Shown here one piece after another: positions 26,242 through 62,630 of a DNA stretch of 64,000 bases. The notes below the pieces were generated by a model. It did no database searches, had not been told where the DNA came from, and saw nothing but the letters and a program-made list of their open reading frames with translations. Source of the stretch: Tubulanus polymorphus (taxonomy: Eukaryota; Animalia; Nemertea); the NCBI RefSeq assembly GCF_964204645.1, contig NC_134028.1:19775145-19839144 (forward strand). The letters are read 5' to 3'. Made by a program: the position numbers and the translations under genes. How positions within the stretch are numbered: position 1 is the first letter of the stretch; each line of letters starts with the position of its first letter.

Positions 26242-26433
26242 CAATAAGATAAAGATCTCACCCTAGAGATCATCGTCAGGTGTCACACCTGACGATGATC
26301 TCTAGGGTGAAACGTCGTGTCTTATATTTATTTCAGATTGAATAAATAAATTCTTGCTTTTAAATTTTTAATCTGTTAATAGTGGGTTTTTATCTTATTA
26401 TCCTTTCACCACGTTTGAGTGTGGCTATCGTTC
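26242..26433 (+). mobile_element. truncated retroelement insertion (Penelope-like end) with inversion and hammerhead-like motif
   Basis: Flanked by the 13-bp direct repeat TATAGATTATGAA (26229-26241 and 26434-26446). Contains a perfect 26-bp-arm palindrome (26258-26310) and CTGACGA...GAAAC...GTC. Related copy at about 47551-47680. Confidence 0.65.
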
Positions 26434-28038
26434 TATAGATTATGAATATTCACGAGCTGTTTCAAACCTACTCGTAGAATAAAATCGTCTTGTAGAAAGT
26501 CTCTCTATCTTTACAAATTAAATGAACGTCTCTGATCCGCTACTAATAGCATTTCAATTGTCGTTTCATTGTATTGAACCGTGAAAACAGCTTTAATCCG
26601 AATTCTATCTTAATTCGAATCACGGATTTTCGCAGGATTGAATTACATCCTCAAACGACTCATAGAAACGTCGAGGGCGAAAAGAGAAAATAATCAAAGT
26701 CTTGGATGGAATTCGATCCATTGCCCGAAAACTTGCTCCATATTGGACCCTAAACAACTCATTTACAGTTTAAAGTGATTATTCTATTGAACCTAATTTC
26801 ACAAAGATTCCCACAGTTCCGGCGAAACACCAGGGATGCTGAATAGTCTTTTTAGGTAGAGCAGTTTTCAGCTCAGTGGGGGGCATCGTGCCCCCCATCG
26901 AGAAAATCTGTCCACAACATATCAAAAACGAGCGTCTTAAGGCGAATCGTCGAATCGAGTTTCTTTTCTCGGCACCGGTTTAGTTTTAGGATCACACGAT
27001 GTATGAATACTAATCTAAGCTTATAGTAATACGAGCATAATTAATGCTGGACTATAATTACCGTTGACTGTGTCAGTAATTACCGCCTTCAGATGATTGT
27101 ATTTTGAGATCGTTTTGTTTGATTATCGGATATATATGTGTGTATTGAGAGCATATTGTGAGAGTTAATGTATCCCTGAGGCTGCATCCAGCTGATGCAC
27201 CCAGCATCCCTGATATACATCACTAATGATCCAAGATGCCCGAGGCAGGGTCGTGTCACCTCTCTCCTGTAGCCCAGCCACGACCACTAGTCTGTCTACA
27301 TAGGCATTTTTACGGGATTCACTGAAAAAGTCACGAAACATTTTTTTCGAATTTTTTTTTCATTGTGAGAAAATTAGGCAATTGAGAAATATACCATATG
27401 TAGGGGCCTCTACGATTATCTGAAGGTTCCTCATGGAACCTTTTCGTAAGTGGTTTTTTGGAGAACCTCCATAGAGGAAAACCGTAGAAGGATCTTCGGA
27501 AGAACCATCAGTTCATCGAGTATAGAATATGTTCTATGAGTTCCTAGGTTTTTTGTAATTTATCAAAAAAAAATTCTAATTGCTAAAACAATTTTTTGAG
27601 TCAGAAACTGTGGTACACGTCACAAACACCGCCGGGTTGTTCACCCCCACAAACACCTTAGTCTCGCTCTATTATGGTGAGGTAAATCTGAACAGATTTT
27701 CCCGAGTTTTTCATGAAAAAGGAAATAATGAAACGACTTCTTTTCGGGAGAATCGTGAATAGAAATAGACGATAAAGGTTCATATTAAAAACCATCTGAT
27801 TTCTGTGTGTTTTTATAGAATGATTTTTAACCCATTGACGCGATGGTTCTATTGTGTTCTCTCAACACAAACTGATTATTGTGTTACCATATAGACCTTT
27901 CCAAACCCCCTATAGACCCGTTTTAAACCTCTATACACCCCCTGTAGACTTCTCTGTATTCATCGGAGTTTAATCATGATATTGTAATAATTTCATTGCT
28001 ATTTCAAGCCGTAGGAATTGTAGTCTTTGCAGCTTTGC

Positions 28039-28223
28039 AGCTCACGGCCAGTTACCAGCACCACGCAACTACTAGTCATCCAGACACAGCATTCAGTTAC
28101 CATAGTCAGTCTCTGACGCTTTTGTCAGGCTGGCCGGTAGCTAACGAGTGGGTGGTAGGTGGTGAGCTTGGTACGTAGCTGACGTCTCGTAGCTGCGTGA
28201 TGCTGGTAGCTGAACGGTAGCTG
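28039..28223. mobile_element. MITE-like inverted repeat
   Basis: CAGCTCACGGCCAGTTACCAGCACCACGCAACTAC pairs with GTAGCTGCGTGATGCTGGTAGCTGAACGGTAGCTG. Confidence 0.55.
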
Positions 28224-28649
28224 TGCTATTTGTGAGATGATCTGTCATATATAAATCTTGATTTTCTCCTCGGTTCCATAAAACAGTGAAATATCACACA
28301 CGATATACCAGTGAATGATTAATTAGTCCGAAACGTTTGATTCTAGATTCCACAAACACAGAATACATGATAGATTGTTTTTGAGTTCGATTTTTCTAAA
28401 TGTTTTCTGTTTATTTTGCGCCGCTTGAAGAATGTTTAAACCATCTTTCAATTTATATTGAATCGATACGTGTCATAAATTCAATGGTTCTCATTTCCGC
28501 TCCTCCTGACTGACTCGGCTGCAGCCGTTGCTGCTGCTGCTATTGAACCCGTCACAAAATCAATCTAACAAAATACAATCTCACATTCCTCGACTATTCT
28601 GGATGCAAAATCTCATATTTCATGATGAGAGTTTGAGATGTTCTCAAGA

Positions 28650-28860
28650 GAAACCACGGTCAGAGCGGGCTCCCCACGTAAGAGCAGTGAACAGGTTCCT
28701 CGATTCTGAGACCGCGGTGAGAACCCGACTCTGAGACCGCGGTGAGAACAAGCTCCCCGACTCTGAGACCGCGGTGAGATCGTCTCTGACATAATGAGAA
28801 CAGGTTCCCCGCTCGAGACCACGGTAAGAACAGGTTGCTCCGTCTCTTGCGACCGCGTCG
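28650..28860. repeat. degenerate tandem repeat (core CTCTGAGACCGCGGTGAGAAC)
   Basis: Several copies of the core with variable spacing. Confidence 0.8.
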
Positions 28861-31800
28861 AGCTATATTTCATCATCAATAAAATTGTATTGATCTTTTT
28901 CATGACATTTTCATGACATATTTTCGCCTATCAAAATAGGCGAAAATAAAATTGTGCGTTGCATTGCATTGTATTTTTGGGAATCTTTATTTTCGTTTTC
29001 TTCCCCTAAATGCATTAACTAGTAAATTGTCGCGTACAGATGAGATATGGGTATATACTGGTATACATTTCAGAGATTTTAAACCCATTTCTCGCATCTT
29101 GTTTTTGTAGACTGGTTGCCGGTCTCTACCTTCAGTTACATTCTCACTGCGAAGGTAGGTGGCGCAGAATTAGACAGACGACCAGTCTACTTGGTCACGT
29201 GATCAATGGTGCGCTCGCTCGAATAAACCTTTTCACCACACTGTGAGACAAGCCGCGAGTAATGATCAAATAATTACATTTATTGAAGGAGCGTTTGACT
29301 TGATGGAACTCGCGGAGTAGTTACCCCAGGAGTAGTGTAACTTCTGCGCACATGTGTCAAAATAGAGGAGCATCTGTCGAACTCGACATTCACATATTGT
29401 TCACTTGCCAGGGATGCGTTTAATACGAGTGACGTGCGGTACGGCTCTCAATCAGCGCAATTATCACAGACTAACTTAGATTTAATTAGCTCCTCTTATC
29501 GATGCACTGCAAACAACACTTCAGTCTGTCTCGAGTTCAAGGTCAATTTACGTACTGCGAGAGGAGGGGATTGCTTGTCCGTCATAACCCTATCGCCCCA
29601 TCCTCCCCATCACCCCGAATCCAAATTACCCCCACTCCCCATTGATTAATCAGAAAAAAAAAACTGTCGATTGAGGAATGAGGATCGTGGTCACGTGGGC
29701 TATTTTAGGAAACTGTCCAATGAGGATACTAGTCCAGTAGTAAATCAATGAACGGCTGTTGTCCGAGCCTTTTAGCCGGTGATGGAACATCAACGCTATG
29801 CATTCGTTATAAAGTTCGTTGAGACTGGTTGCAAGTATGGATGAAGTTTGTTAAGAAATTAATTCGATTCGAATCTTCTTTTGGAACAGGTTGCTTGATA
29901 GCAGGATTTTTGGAGACATCCTTTGCCGCTTTTACACCATTTAGTGCGCGCATCAACATTATTTTCTTTTGTTTTCATTATTCCTGGCTCATGAAGATCC
30001 CACAATGACTCTGATCGGTCGCTCCTTACCTTGGATAGTTCTACCGATTCTTCAACAACCTTAACTTCCGTCTCGGTATAAGCGATTCTTTGGAAAACAT
30101 TTTGAACTTGAAGGCTGAAAATACCGACTCGAGACAGATGATATTTTGTTAAAAACAATACAAACTTTATTTTATTGAGATGTTGTACGAGATTGTGATA
30201 TTATCAAAATGTTTCACAACCACGTGATATTGATAACTATACATCGTTATTCATAATGATGGACACTAGGGAGATCTTACAGAACTAATTGAAATACATA
30301 ATAAGAGAGAGAGCGAGGAAAGAGATGAGGGGATATGTATTAGTTCTTCTTAAACTACACCCATGCGGAGCCAGGGCAAATGTCTTCCTTTCCTCCACCT
30401 CGATCACTCCCATACTCTGAACAATCTACATTCAAAATAAGCATACATCGATATTAGTAAACGTTGGTGATAGATTCAGACACCAGGGGGAGATGCGATA
30501 GAAAACCAACCGCCCCCTAGTGGCAAGAAACGAGGAGGTTTCTCTCGTAAAAACTTCACAGCCTAAAATGATGAAATAGTGTGTGTCTATTCATAGTTGT
30601 CTTCGATGTCGAGAGTTTATCGTTCCACAACAAGATTTAACACTAAAAGTGTGTACACAGTTAAATTCCTCATAAAACTGGACCTGAGGAACGGTCACTA
30701 ATCTTTAATCTATTAAAACATGATCTCTCGATTCCTATTACAATCTCATATATTGATCTATACTATCAATTAAATACACTACAAACTAATTCTTCTAAAA
30801 CAAACTCATTAATCAACTCGTGATTTATTTACATATGAACCGGAAGTGTGAACAGGTTCAGTAACTATAGTTACTACCCCCGCCTACAGTTACACCGTGG
30901 ACCAATAGATAATCCAGGTTTAGAGTGGATATAGTGTGAATTTTTTTTACAATTTTCATTAATTTGATTAAAATTCAATCTATTGATTCACAGAGATACA
31001 TGTACAATTCAATACATTTTATCCATATTCATTTGAAATAATGCTTTCAAACTTTCTAGTTCTTCTAAAACGTTCTACAAATCTTAATTATTGATTTTGG
31101 GTTCATTGTAAAATGCTAGAACTGACACATTTTTCGATAAAAACTTATAAACCCTGTAAACCTGAAATACGTTTGTTTCTACTAGTTTTTCCATAATGTG
31201 ATACTATCTTCCTGTCTCACAGCTCACACACTGCAACTAACCCCGATCTATTGTATATTTATCTATCTGATGATGACTCATATTTCTTTATCAATAATTC
31301 TTGACCTGTGAGGATATTGTATTCGATGCCACGTGTCCCCAGGGGTCACGGTCACGCAATATTGATGGTACACATTTTTTTTGTATTCGCTGTTTAGGGA
31401 CATAAGTAATTTCTAAGTAAATTCAGTGCTCTCAATGAACCATTAACAGTTTTTTCGTTGCATCATAACTGTACACCCCCCTAACCAAGCGTACTTAAAC
31501 CGAGAGTGGATTTAGGGGATGGACTGGGTGGACAAGTCCCTAACTTTAAAATTCGAATGTGACCTCCACAGAGTCTGGAAACTTTTTTGCAAAGAACATT
31601 TTAAAAGGATAAGAATTAATCCAAATGGGTCGTGATGAGGGCCAGGAAAGTCCTGTTTTGTCCTAAATATTTTGTGGAAAAGTCAAATCTGCCTTTATCT
31701 GATTTTCTAATTAAGTGCCCATTCCAATTTACTGGTCAACCCTTTCGAAGAATTGTAGATCCACCCTTGTACTCTATCCCCTTCCCTAGTAGCCCAAAAA

Positions 31801-33304
31801 CTATTTCCAATTGCAACTGGTTTAAATGAACGACTTTTGCTCGAACATTTTCTTGAAATAGAAATAAAAAAACTTGCTACTTGTCTCCGAAGTTAAAACC
31901 GAGCTATAAAAGTCAGTCGTGTGGAATCTGGAATGATTGATGAGTTTTAATATGAGCAGATAAAATCGCCACAAATTTACCAACATTTCATTCTTGGGTC
32001 GGTCCGACACGTACGTAAAAACGCTGCAGATCGCAACGTTGGATAACGCTGTGCGCTGCCAGCGTAACGTAAAATATACGAGCGGAATTAATGAATGGTG
32101 TATCTAGTAAATTCTCCGGATGTTCGTCAGATATAAAACTGATTCACAAATTGTGTGAGAAATCTGTGGGATTTATCTTTAATCTTGTAATAAATCTGTT
32201 GGGTCGGACCGCAGTATCTACTGGAGACATGCTGCTGCAGCCAGCATCCGGGGAATACTGATACGGGGCTGCACGATCGATACACAGCAGCCGAACAGCT
32301 TTTTATAACTCGTAAAATATTTCGATCACACGTAGAACAGTGCTGGCAAAATCAACTCAAAAGCCACACCCTAAGCCTTCGAAAGTTTTTTTAACGAAAC
32401 TGATATAGCCCATTATGACTTTTTGATTGATTGATTTAAACCATTAAGTATAGTCACCACACCTGACTGGTCACAGCAGCTAAATGATAACTACACTGAC
32501 AAGGCAAACTCACTCAATCACTGGGGTTTGGCCATGGCCTTGCATAAGGCAGGTATTCGGTTCGAGCCTAGGTTTAGGTTACTTGGAAAGAAAGAACAGT
32601 GGCCGGGGCTATTTTCATTTGAGCTCCTTGTCTAGGAGATGCGATTTGGTGGAAAGCAAATATCAAATACATTAGATTATTCGATATAAATTTTACGCAA
32701 TAAGAATCAAGCAAGAATGCAATAATCGCAATTCAAAAGTATTGATAGTATGGTAGGGGCGACTAACAAACTCTCCGTCCCCTCCCAAAAAAACGTAAGA
32801 ATATTCTTATACAAAACAATGTGAGCATTGATTGAGTCATCAACATTTAACATGTGTTTCATGCGTACATTATTGTTATCATTATTATTATAATTAATAT
32901 AATTATCACTATTATCTTTTATCATAATTATTTTCATTGTTATCCGCATTTGAAACTAATATAAGAAATACATCGTTAACTAATTTATTTACATATAACT
33001 GATGATATGTTCGTTACAGGTATTGCGCTTTGAGCTCAGTTTTCAATTCACCATTTCCAGATTATTTCAACAAATATTTTCTTGCTCTATTTTTCCTTTA
33101 CAATTTAAGCCACGCGTTGTTTGATTTGAAACGCAAGTTCCACGGTTCTGGATCCAGTCCACAGCCACTTTTAGAACTGGGTTGCGTATAATCAGTTCTT
33201 TCTGGACCATTTTAACTCCGGTGCGCCATGCTGGCGCATCCTGTTGAGCAGTATACAAACTGTAAGACCACGCCTACTATATATATTTGATTGACAGCTA
33301 TGTA

Positions 33305-56397
<23,093 letters not shown>

Positions 56398-59300
56398 CTG
56401 TGCAAATAGAGAAGAAACATTAACCGTCATTTCTTATATCGATTGAAAATCACTTGAAACCTTGACATCTAATGCGAAACCATCTGACGGAGAATCTAAA
56501 ATATATTTGGTGCCAGGAAATTCCGAGATCGTTCGGGAATCGAACCCGGATCAAAATAATCACATTTAATCTGTTTATACAGAGTTTGTAACAATGTTAT
56601 GCCATAATAGGGTACTGTGGCAATCGAGGATTCCACGTATGGCAGGCGAGGATCCACCAGGTTCGCTCGTAGATAGTTGGTCGTCCGCGTTCGAATTCTT
56701 CCAAATTTCAATTAAAACCGAGTGAACCTTTTCTTATGAATCAATTATCAATGAAAACTATACCGATATCTGGGTATGGATATGAATTTATTGTGTATTT
56801 GGTGGTTGCTGTGATAATATATGGATTCGGAAATCTAAAAGTTCAGTTCAAAGTTCATTGGAAATGAAATAATTTTGACCACGTAAGACCGAGTGCCCGT
56901 CACGCCATCTGGTGGGATAGCTAATGTTACGGGTTCTCCATTCTTTTTTCAAAGTGATGCATACAAATAGTAACCCTATAATTTCATTTCTTTGTCAGCG
57001 ATGTGTCGGCACAGCACAAGTTTTAGAAAAAACCTGTTCAATCAATCGATGATAGACCGCAACAAATAACTCGGTAAATTCCCGATAGACTCGATTCTGT
57101 TGTCTAACTGTCTGAGTGGTGAGTTGTGATTAACTCAGTGTGGAATTGTTTTACTCGATTGTGACAGTCAGAATGATAAATTAGTTCTATTTATCTGAAA
57201 CGGAGTTTAATTATTTGTATTGAATTGACACTTTCGTCTGGATCGACTTCATTTGGGTTGGATGTAAGAAAAAAAGCAACTCGTGATAAATACAAGTTTG
57301 ATATTGAACGCTTGATTGAAATTTTTTAATCCAGTTGTTTCAGTCGAAGATTGCCGATTCCTAGGGGATATTCTGACCTGGTAAATCACCCCCCCCCCTT
57401 CACAGTTTGGGGTCTTGTGATTTGTGAAATGCCGAAGTGTATCTTGGAACTTATAGTAACATTCCACTCCGAGTTGGTTTCAAATACAAAATAAATACCG
57501 AGAGGGAGTTTGAGAAATACAGATGACTTTTACTTTGCTCGGTAAAGTCTAGACCGCTAAGATCATATCCGAGTTGGAGTCAAATACATAATATATATAC
57601 GAGATTATGAAATCCGGTAAAGTATTTACAGCAAAGCAATCGTTTGTTGTTGTTGGAAGAGCACACGTGACACACGCGCGCGCGCTCCCACTCAAATTGA
57701 ACAATCTATAATGGAGGTTACTATAATGAGCCGTCAATAGACAATGTTTTATTTATGATAATCGATAATCAATAGATTTGTAGGTGGTTGAAGTTTAAAT
57801 ATCAAATCAATTCTGTAAGGAATCTATAGTACTGTAGACCTACAACATGTCGTTGAATGTTATTGCAGTAACGGTATACAAATTTGACCGAAACTATAAA
57901 CGTATTTAAACCGATGAAGTGGGCTAGATCTTAACAGTAGTTTGAGTTTGCCCAGCATGTCAAGTACATAGTTTGATGATCGAATGTTAATTAGTGTAGG
58001 ACTACATCCCATGTTACAACTGCAGCATATTGACATCGATCGCATAAATACTTCCCTGCTCAAAGTTATTTTCCATGGGTTAATGATAATACCGGAGAAC
58101 TGCAAAAATGTCAAATCGTGTCTAGAGACAATCCCATCCTACTTCCCTCCCGGCTGATGGTAGGTATATGCAGTGAAGTGTCTTGAAATACTCCCGTGAA
58201 GAGGTTGGATATTTCTCTTATGTAACATACTTTACTAATGAAGCCAATACGTGTGTATGAGTTGAGCGAGAGGCAGGCGACTTTAATTATAGACAGAATT
58301 TTTAACATTGATCGCAAATTTATGAATAACACTTCATTACCTATACACCGACTAGAGCTACACGCTTCAAGCCACACCGCCCCCTTTCCCTGTGATGATG
58401 CCGGGGAGTTTTTTTTTCAAACTCAAAGCTTGGCCACCAATTAGAAGTTACATTATTGAATCTACTTATCGATAATCAGGGCAAAATCGAAAACTTAATT
58501 CGCTTCTTGCAATAACTTGATAACCTGAACTGACCCAGTTTCACGGTTCTGGGGTTAGTTGCTCAGAAAGTTGATTTCAGGTAACATGTGGAAAACTTGA
58601 TAAAATCAAAATCAAAACGGGCTACCGGCGCTATTGTAATATTTATACATCTATTATCCATTACACATTTTTATTATCTGATGGTCAAATTTATCCAACT
58701 TTTGAGCAGCCGACCCAGAATTGTCGAAAATGTCCGTTAGAATTCGACTTAAGAGTTTATTGATTGAGATTTAAAAAGAAAAATTCTTGAAAAACCAATG
58801 TAATTCTTGCTCTGGAATAACTCTAATTCAAAACTGTGAAACTGGGTCCGGAGTTCAGAGAAAACTCAAACTCACAACTGCGAAATCGGCTCCGGAGTTA
58901 AACTCTAATCACAACTGCGCAATTGGGTACTGTTTCGTTTATTTTCCCAATCTAGCCGCGCTGTGGCTGATGCTGGTAAGATCGCGTGAATTGAACGCGG
59001 TAGTCGCGGTACTGCTGTGTGTCGTGCATACAGAAATGAGACACGTCTAATGAATGTTCCTTTATTCTACAGTTTTCTCAGTTAATCCTGAGCAATTTTT
59101 CAGAATCTCGTGACGTCTCAAAAGCAAACAGAGAACGGAGTCGTTTAATCGAAATTAATGAACTCGCCGTCATTTGAGTGTAATTGTAATACGACGGCGG
59201 TGACGCTTTTATCTGAGCTGTAGATATATTTAGATGGAATAGATTTAATCATTTTTAACGCAGAAGGCTGCGCGCCAGTCATAGCGTGTCACCGAGGTTT

Positions 59301-59869
59301 TACCGAGGATCTTCTGCGGTTCTTCGTTATCTGCCCCGTATCATAGAAACAATTCGTTTCGATTTCTTCGTTATCAACATTATTTCGATATTATTCATAT
59401 TCATATTCATAAATCATAGTATTTTCATATAGTATCATTAGTATAGCTTTTATTTAGACACCGATCCTTAAAATCTAAGAGATAAGGCTAAACAATGATA
59501 CCCTATGCTTCTCCTTATCGACCGGGTCATTCTATTCGCAATAAAATTTGCAATTTCTATAGCTGCCGGGTCTGTTTGGTTGGCTCATGGTTTCAAATAA
59601 AAGTAATGTGTGTAGATAGGTGGTCTGCCCGGTCAATCAAGAAAAAGAGAAACAATGTATCATTGTTAGCCTCAGTCGTCGCATTATCGTAGTCATCTCT
59701 ATTCTAGTCTCAATTTGTATTCCTAATTCAATTTACTAGGCGTAGACTTAACCAAGTTCGACTGCAAATTTTAGAAATTCGATTCACTAAACATGAGAAA
59801 TGTGCCTTATTTTTTCTCAAAACGATCATAATCATTTTAACCGGATTTGACCGCTGCATCAAATATGTA

Positions 59870-60345
59870 CAGTGGAACTCATTATAACGACTTCGGATAC
59901 AGCGCTTTATCGGTTATTAAACAAATCTAGATTTTTGTCCCACATATGATTATTTTAATAGTTGCACAAGGGTGGGAATTTTGAACAGGCGGGGTCCAAA
60001 AAGTCTGAGACCTACACGAAATCGGTACGTGAACGCAAGCACTGTAAACGCAACGTCCTGGAGGGGGTTTGGGGTCCCAAGAAAATGTTAAAAAATAAAA
60101 TATTTTCTAGGCATCTAGAATGATTCTAGAACAAAATGATCAGCAATAGTTCATTCAATGATTACTCCAAGATGTAACCTTCTTAAGCCAGGTTGTGAAA
60201 AGGTTATCTTGGCAAAATAGGGGGAGGGGGTCGGGCCGCTCGGACCCCTGGAACCGCCCCTGTAGCATATTGGATATAACGGTCTGTTAGTTATAACGAA
60301 CATAATTTCTAGTCCCCTAAAGTTCGTTGTAACGAGGTTCCACTG
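59870..60345. mobile_element. non-autonomous Tc1/mariner (pogo/Tigger-like) element with a nested second element
   Basis: TA|CAGTGGAACTCATTATAACGA...TCGTTGTAACGAGGTTCCACTG|TA; internal GC-rich element about 59967-60262 ending GGAACCGCCCCTG. Confidence 0.75.
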
Positions 60346-62099
60346 TATACAGAATGTTCTGTGCGCGTGCGGTGTCTACAAAATGTTTTCAGACCCTTCG
60401 TGTTTGTGAGTAACGGGAGTCGAGTTGATAATGAATAACTTTTTTTTACTCTCCTCAATGAATAGTGTATTGCGTGTGTCTCTTGTGTGTTGTTGTAACA
60501 GTAATTAACCGGCGCTAGTAAAATATACCTGTAATATTGATATCTAGTATTACTACTCGGAAAAAATATTACATATCGGTTTACGCTAGAACGCGAACGA
60601 CTAACTGGTTCTCACCTTAACACTACATTACGGACATACTATATGAAAAATGATGTATGTTTTTGATGACGATGCCAATATTTTAGCAAACTCAAACTTA
60701 CTTGGGCTCTCCCACTGAGCTGCGTATCAGGCAAATAAACAGTTTTTCAAAAAATATGTATGTATTTAAGTAACATTTCAAGTAGTGTATATTATAAAGA
60801 AGAGTACCAATACCGTATAAGCGACAAAGGCTATTAGTTCGATGTATTTCATTTGACTATGCATCTTAGATTTGCCCAGCCCATATCCAACTGGAAATTT
60901 TGTTGGGTATCTTATGAATTCTAAATAAAATCCGTGCGCAACGACACACCAATTATAATGTATCGTAGAAATAACTTCGATGCGTTTATCAACGGCTCAG
61001 AGACTTAAAGCAAGGCTTCAAATTTTACGTAATCGGATTTAGGATATTCCTACAAATTCCTATGAGTCTCAAAATGGAATAATTCAACCGTTTGATGACT
61101 AAGCGTCGAGTAAAGGTGAGAAGGTTGGGGTAGGGACGGGGATAGAAACCTGCCGAGCAGTTAATATGATAAAATGTTTATACGCAGACGGCTAAATGAC
61201 GGTTTTCATGCGGCGGCAGTTTTTATCACAATTCCGGTGGCGGTGTACCGATGATAAAGTGGTCCGCGCGGTCGTGTGTGGTGTTTATCTGAGGGAGGGG
61301 GGTGATTCAGGGGAGGGGGAGTGTTACGCACGATGATTGATAGTCCTCCTACCGTGCGCATTATTGAGTTATAGTTTCGAATAAAGAATCGATTGAAATT
61401 CGCTGATTGAACAAATGAATTTAATCAGAATATTTGAAGCTTCTGCTGAACGAAGCTCTGTCGGTAAACCAGGTTGTACGAATGAGAGTAAACCGGATTC
61501 TACTGAGTAGTACTAATCTGTCCAGGACCGGCCAGTAACGGGCTCTACCGATCGCGAACGAGTCACCGTCTAGGGTACTGAGTTCGAACCCCGAGTCCTA
61601 GCCCATCCCGAGCCTAGGTTTCAGTTAATGAAGGCGTTTTAACAACACTTAATTTCCTTCATAATTGTTGTATATATTTCATCTATATTCTTTTTTCCTT
61701 TAATGTTTAAATGTTTACGTGTAATAGCTCTTTGTTTCTTTTCAGTTTGTCTGTGTCTAATGCGTTAATTGTTGTTTGTCTCACTGTCATGTCACTGCTC
61801 GTCACCTTTGTTTTTGTATCATGTTCAATGTCTCCACCGTGTCTCGTATCTCAATGTATATAAATAGTTTGTGTGTAAAAATAAATCAGTTCCAGTTTTG
61901 GTATTCCAAGCTGTTAGTTAAGTCTCACTCTCTTCGCTTTGTTCCGGATTTCCGACGTCGACCATTCTTCGAGAATAGGACCGAAAATAGCTTTGCTTAA
62001 GCGTCTCAAATACATTCAAGTGAACACCAGACCTTAACCTGCAATCAGTCCCAGAACCAAAACACCCGCGGGTGCGTTATAATGGGGAACCGGCGACGC

Positions 62100-62630
62100 T
62101 ATTACGAAAAGCGAAATTCCATCATTTTCCGCCAGGTTCGCTAGTGTACAATACGACGTCAACACTGAATTTCTTCTGAAACTCAATTTTAATGCAACAA
62201 TAGTTCCCCAAATCATATGCAAGAAGTTACGAAAATCGTGGAACTCTAAAGACTAATCAGAGATTATTTCGATGCTTGATTTGCCTAATCCTTTGATTGG
62301 AAGACAGAAAATTGGGAACAAAGTTACTTGAAAATGAACTAATCTTCATCGATGTGAATTCTTTGTTTTTTGGAAATTTGAAATGAAATCTAATTACACT
62401 CATCACCTCAACGAGAGGTATACAGAGGGACATCAAGAAGTATTTACAATTGTAAAACATAACGTTAAATATAAAATAAGCAATAAAATTTGACAGAGAA
62501 AAGGGAACACAACAGCTGTACACAGAATATATGTTATATACGATTGTAGGAAAAAATGGCCAAGGAAAAATATGTAATCTGATAACTCAGTGGTGCCATC
62601 TGACGGGATAGCTGGTGTACCGATACCAAA
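62100..62630. mobile_element. dispersed repeat family B, copy 2, interrupted by an AT-rich insert of about 220 bp
   Basis: Homology to 54960-55290 stops near 62357 and resumes near 62580. Confidence 0.7.

Noticed and set aside
29859-30158. 99-aa minus ORF as the aGPCR C-tail (VQNVFQR)
   Set aside because: No phase-0 acceptor in that frame; exons 33955-33809 and 33511-33305 fit better.
58550-58575. miR-315-like sequence (GTTGCTCAGAAAG)
   Set aside because: The seed end does not match and it lies in a MITE family A remnant.
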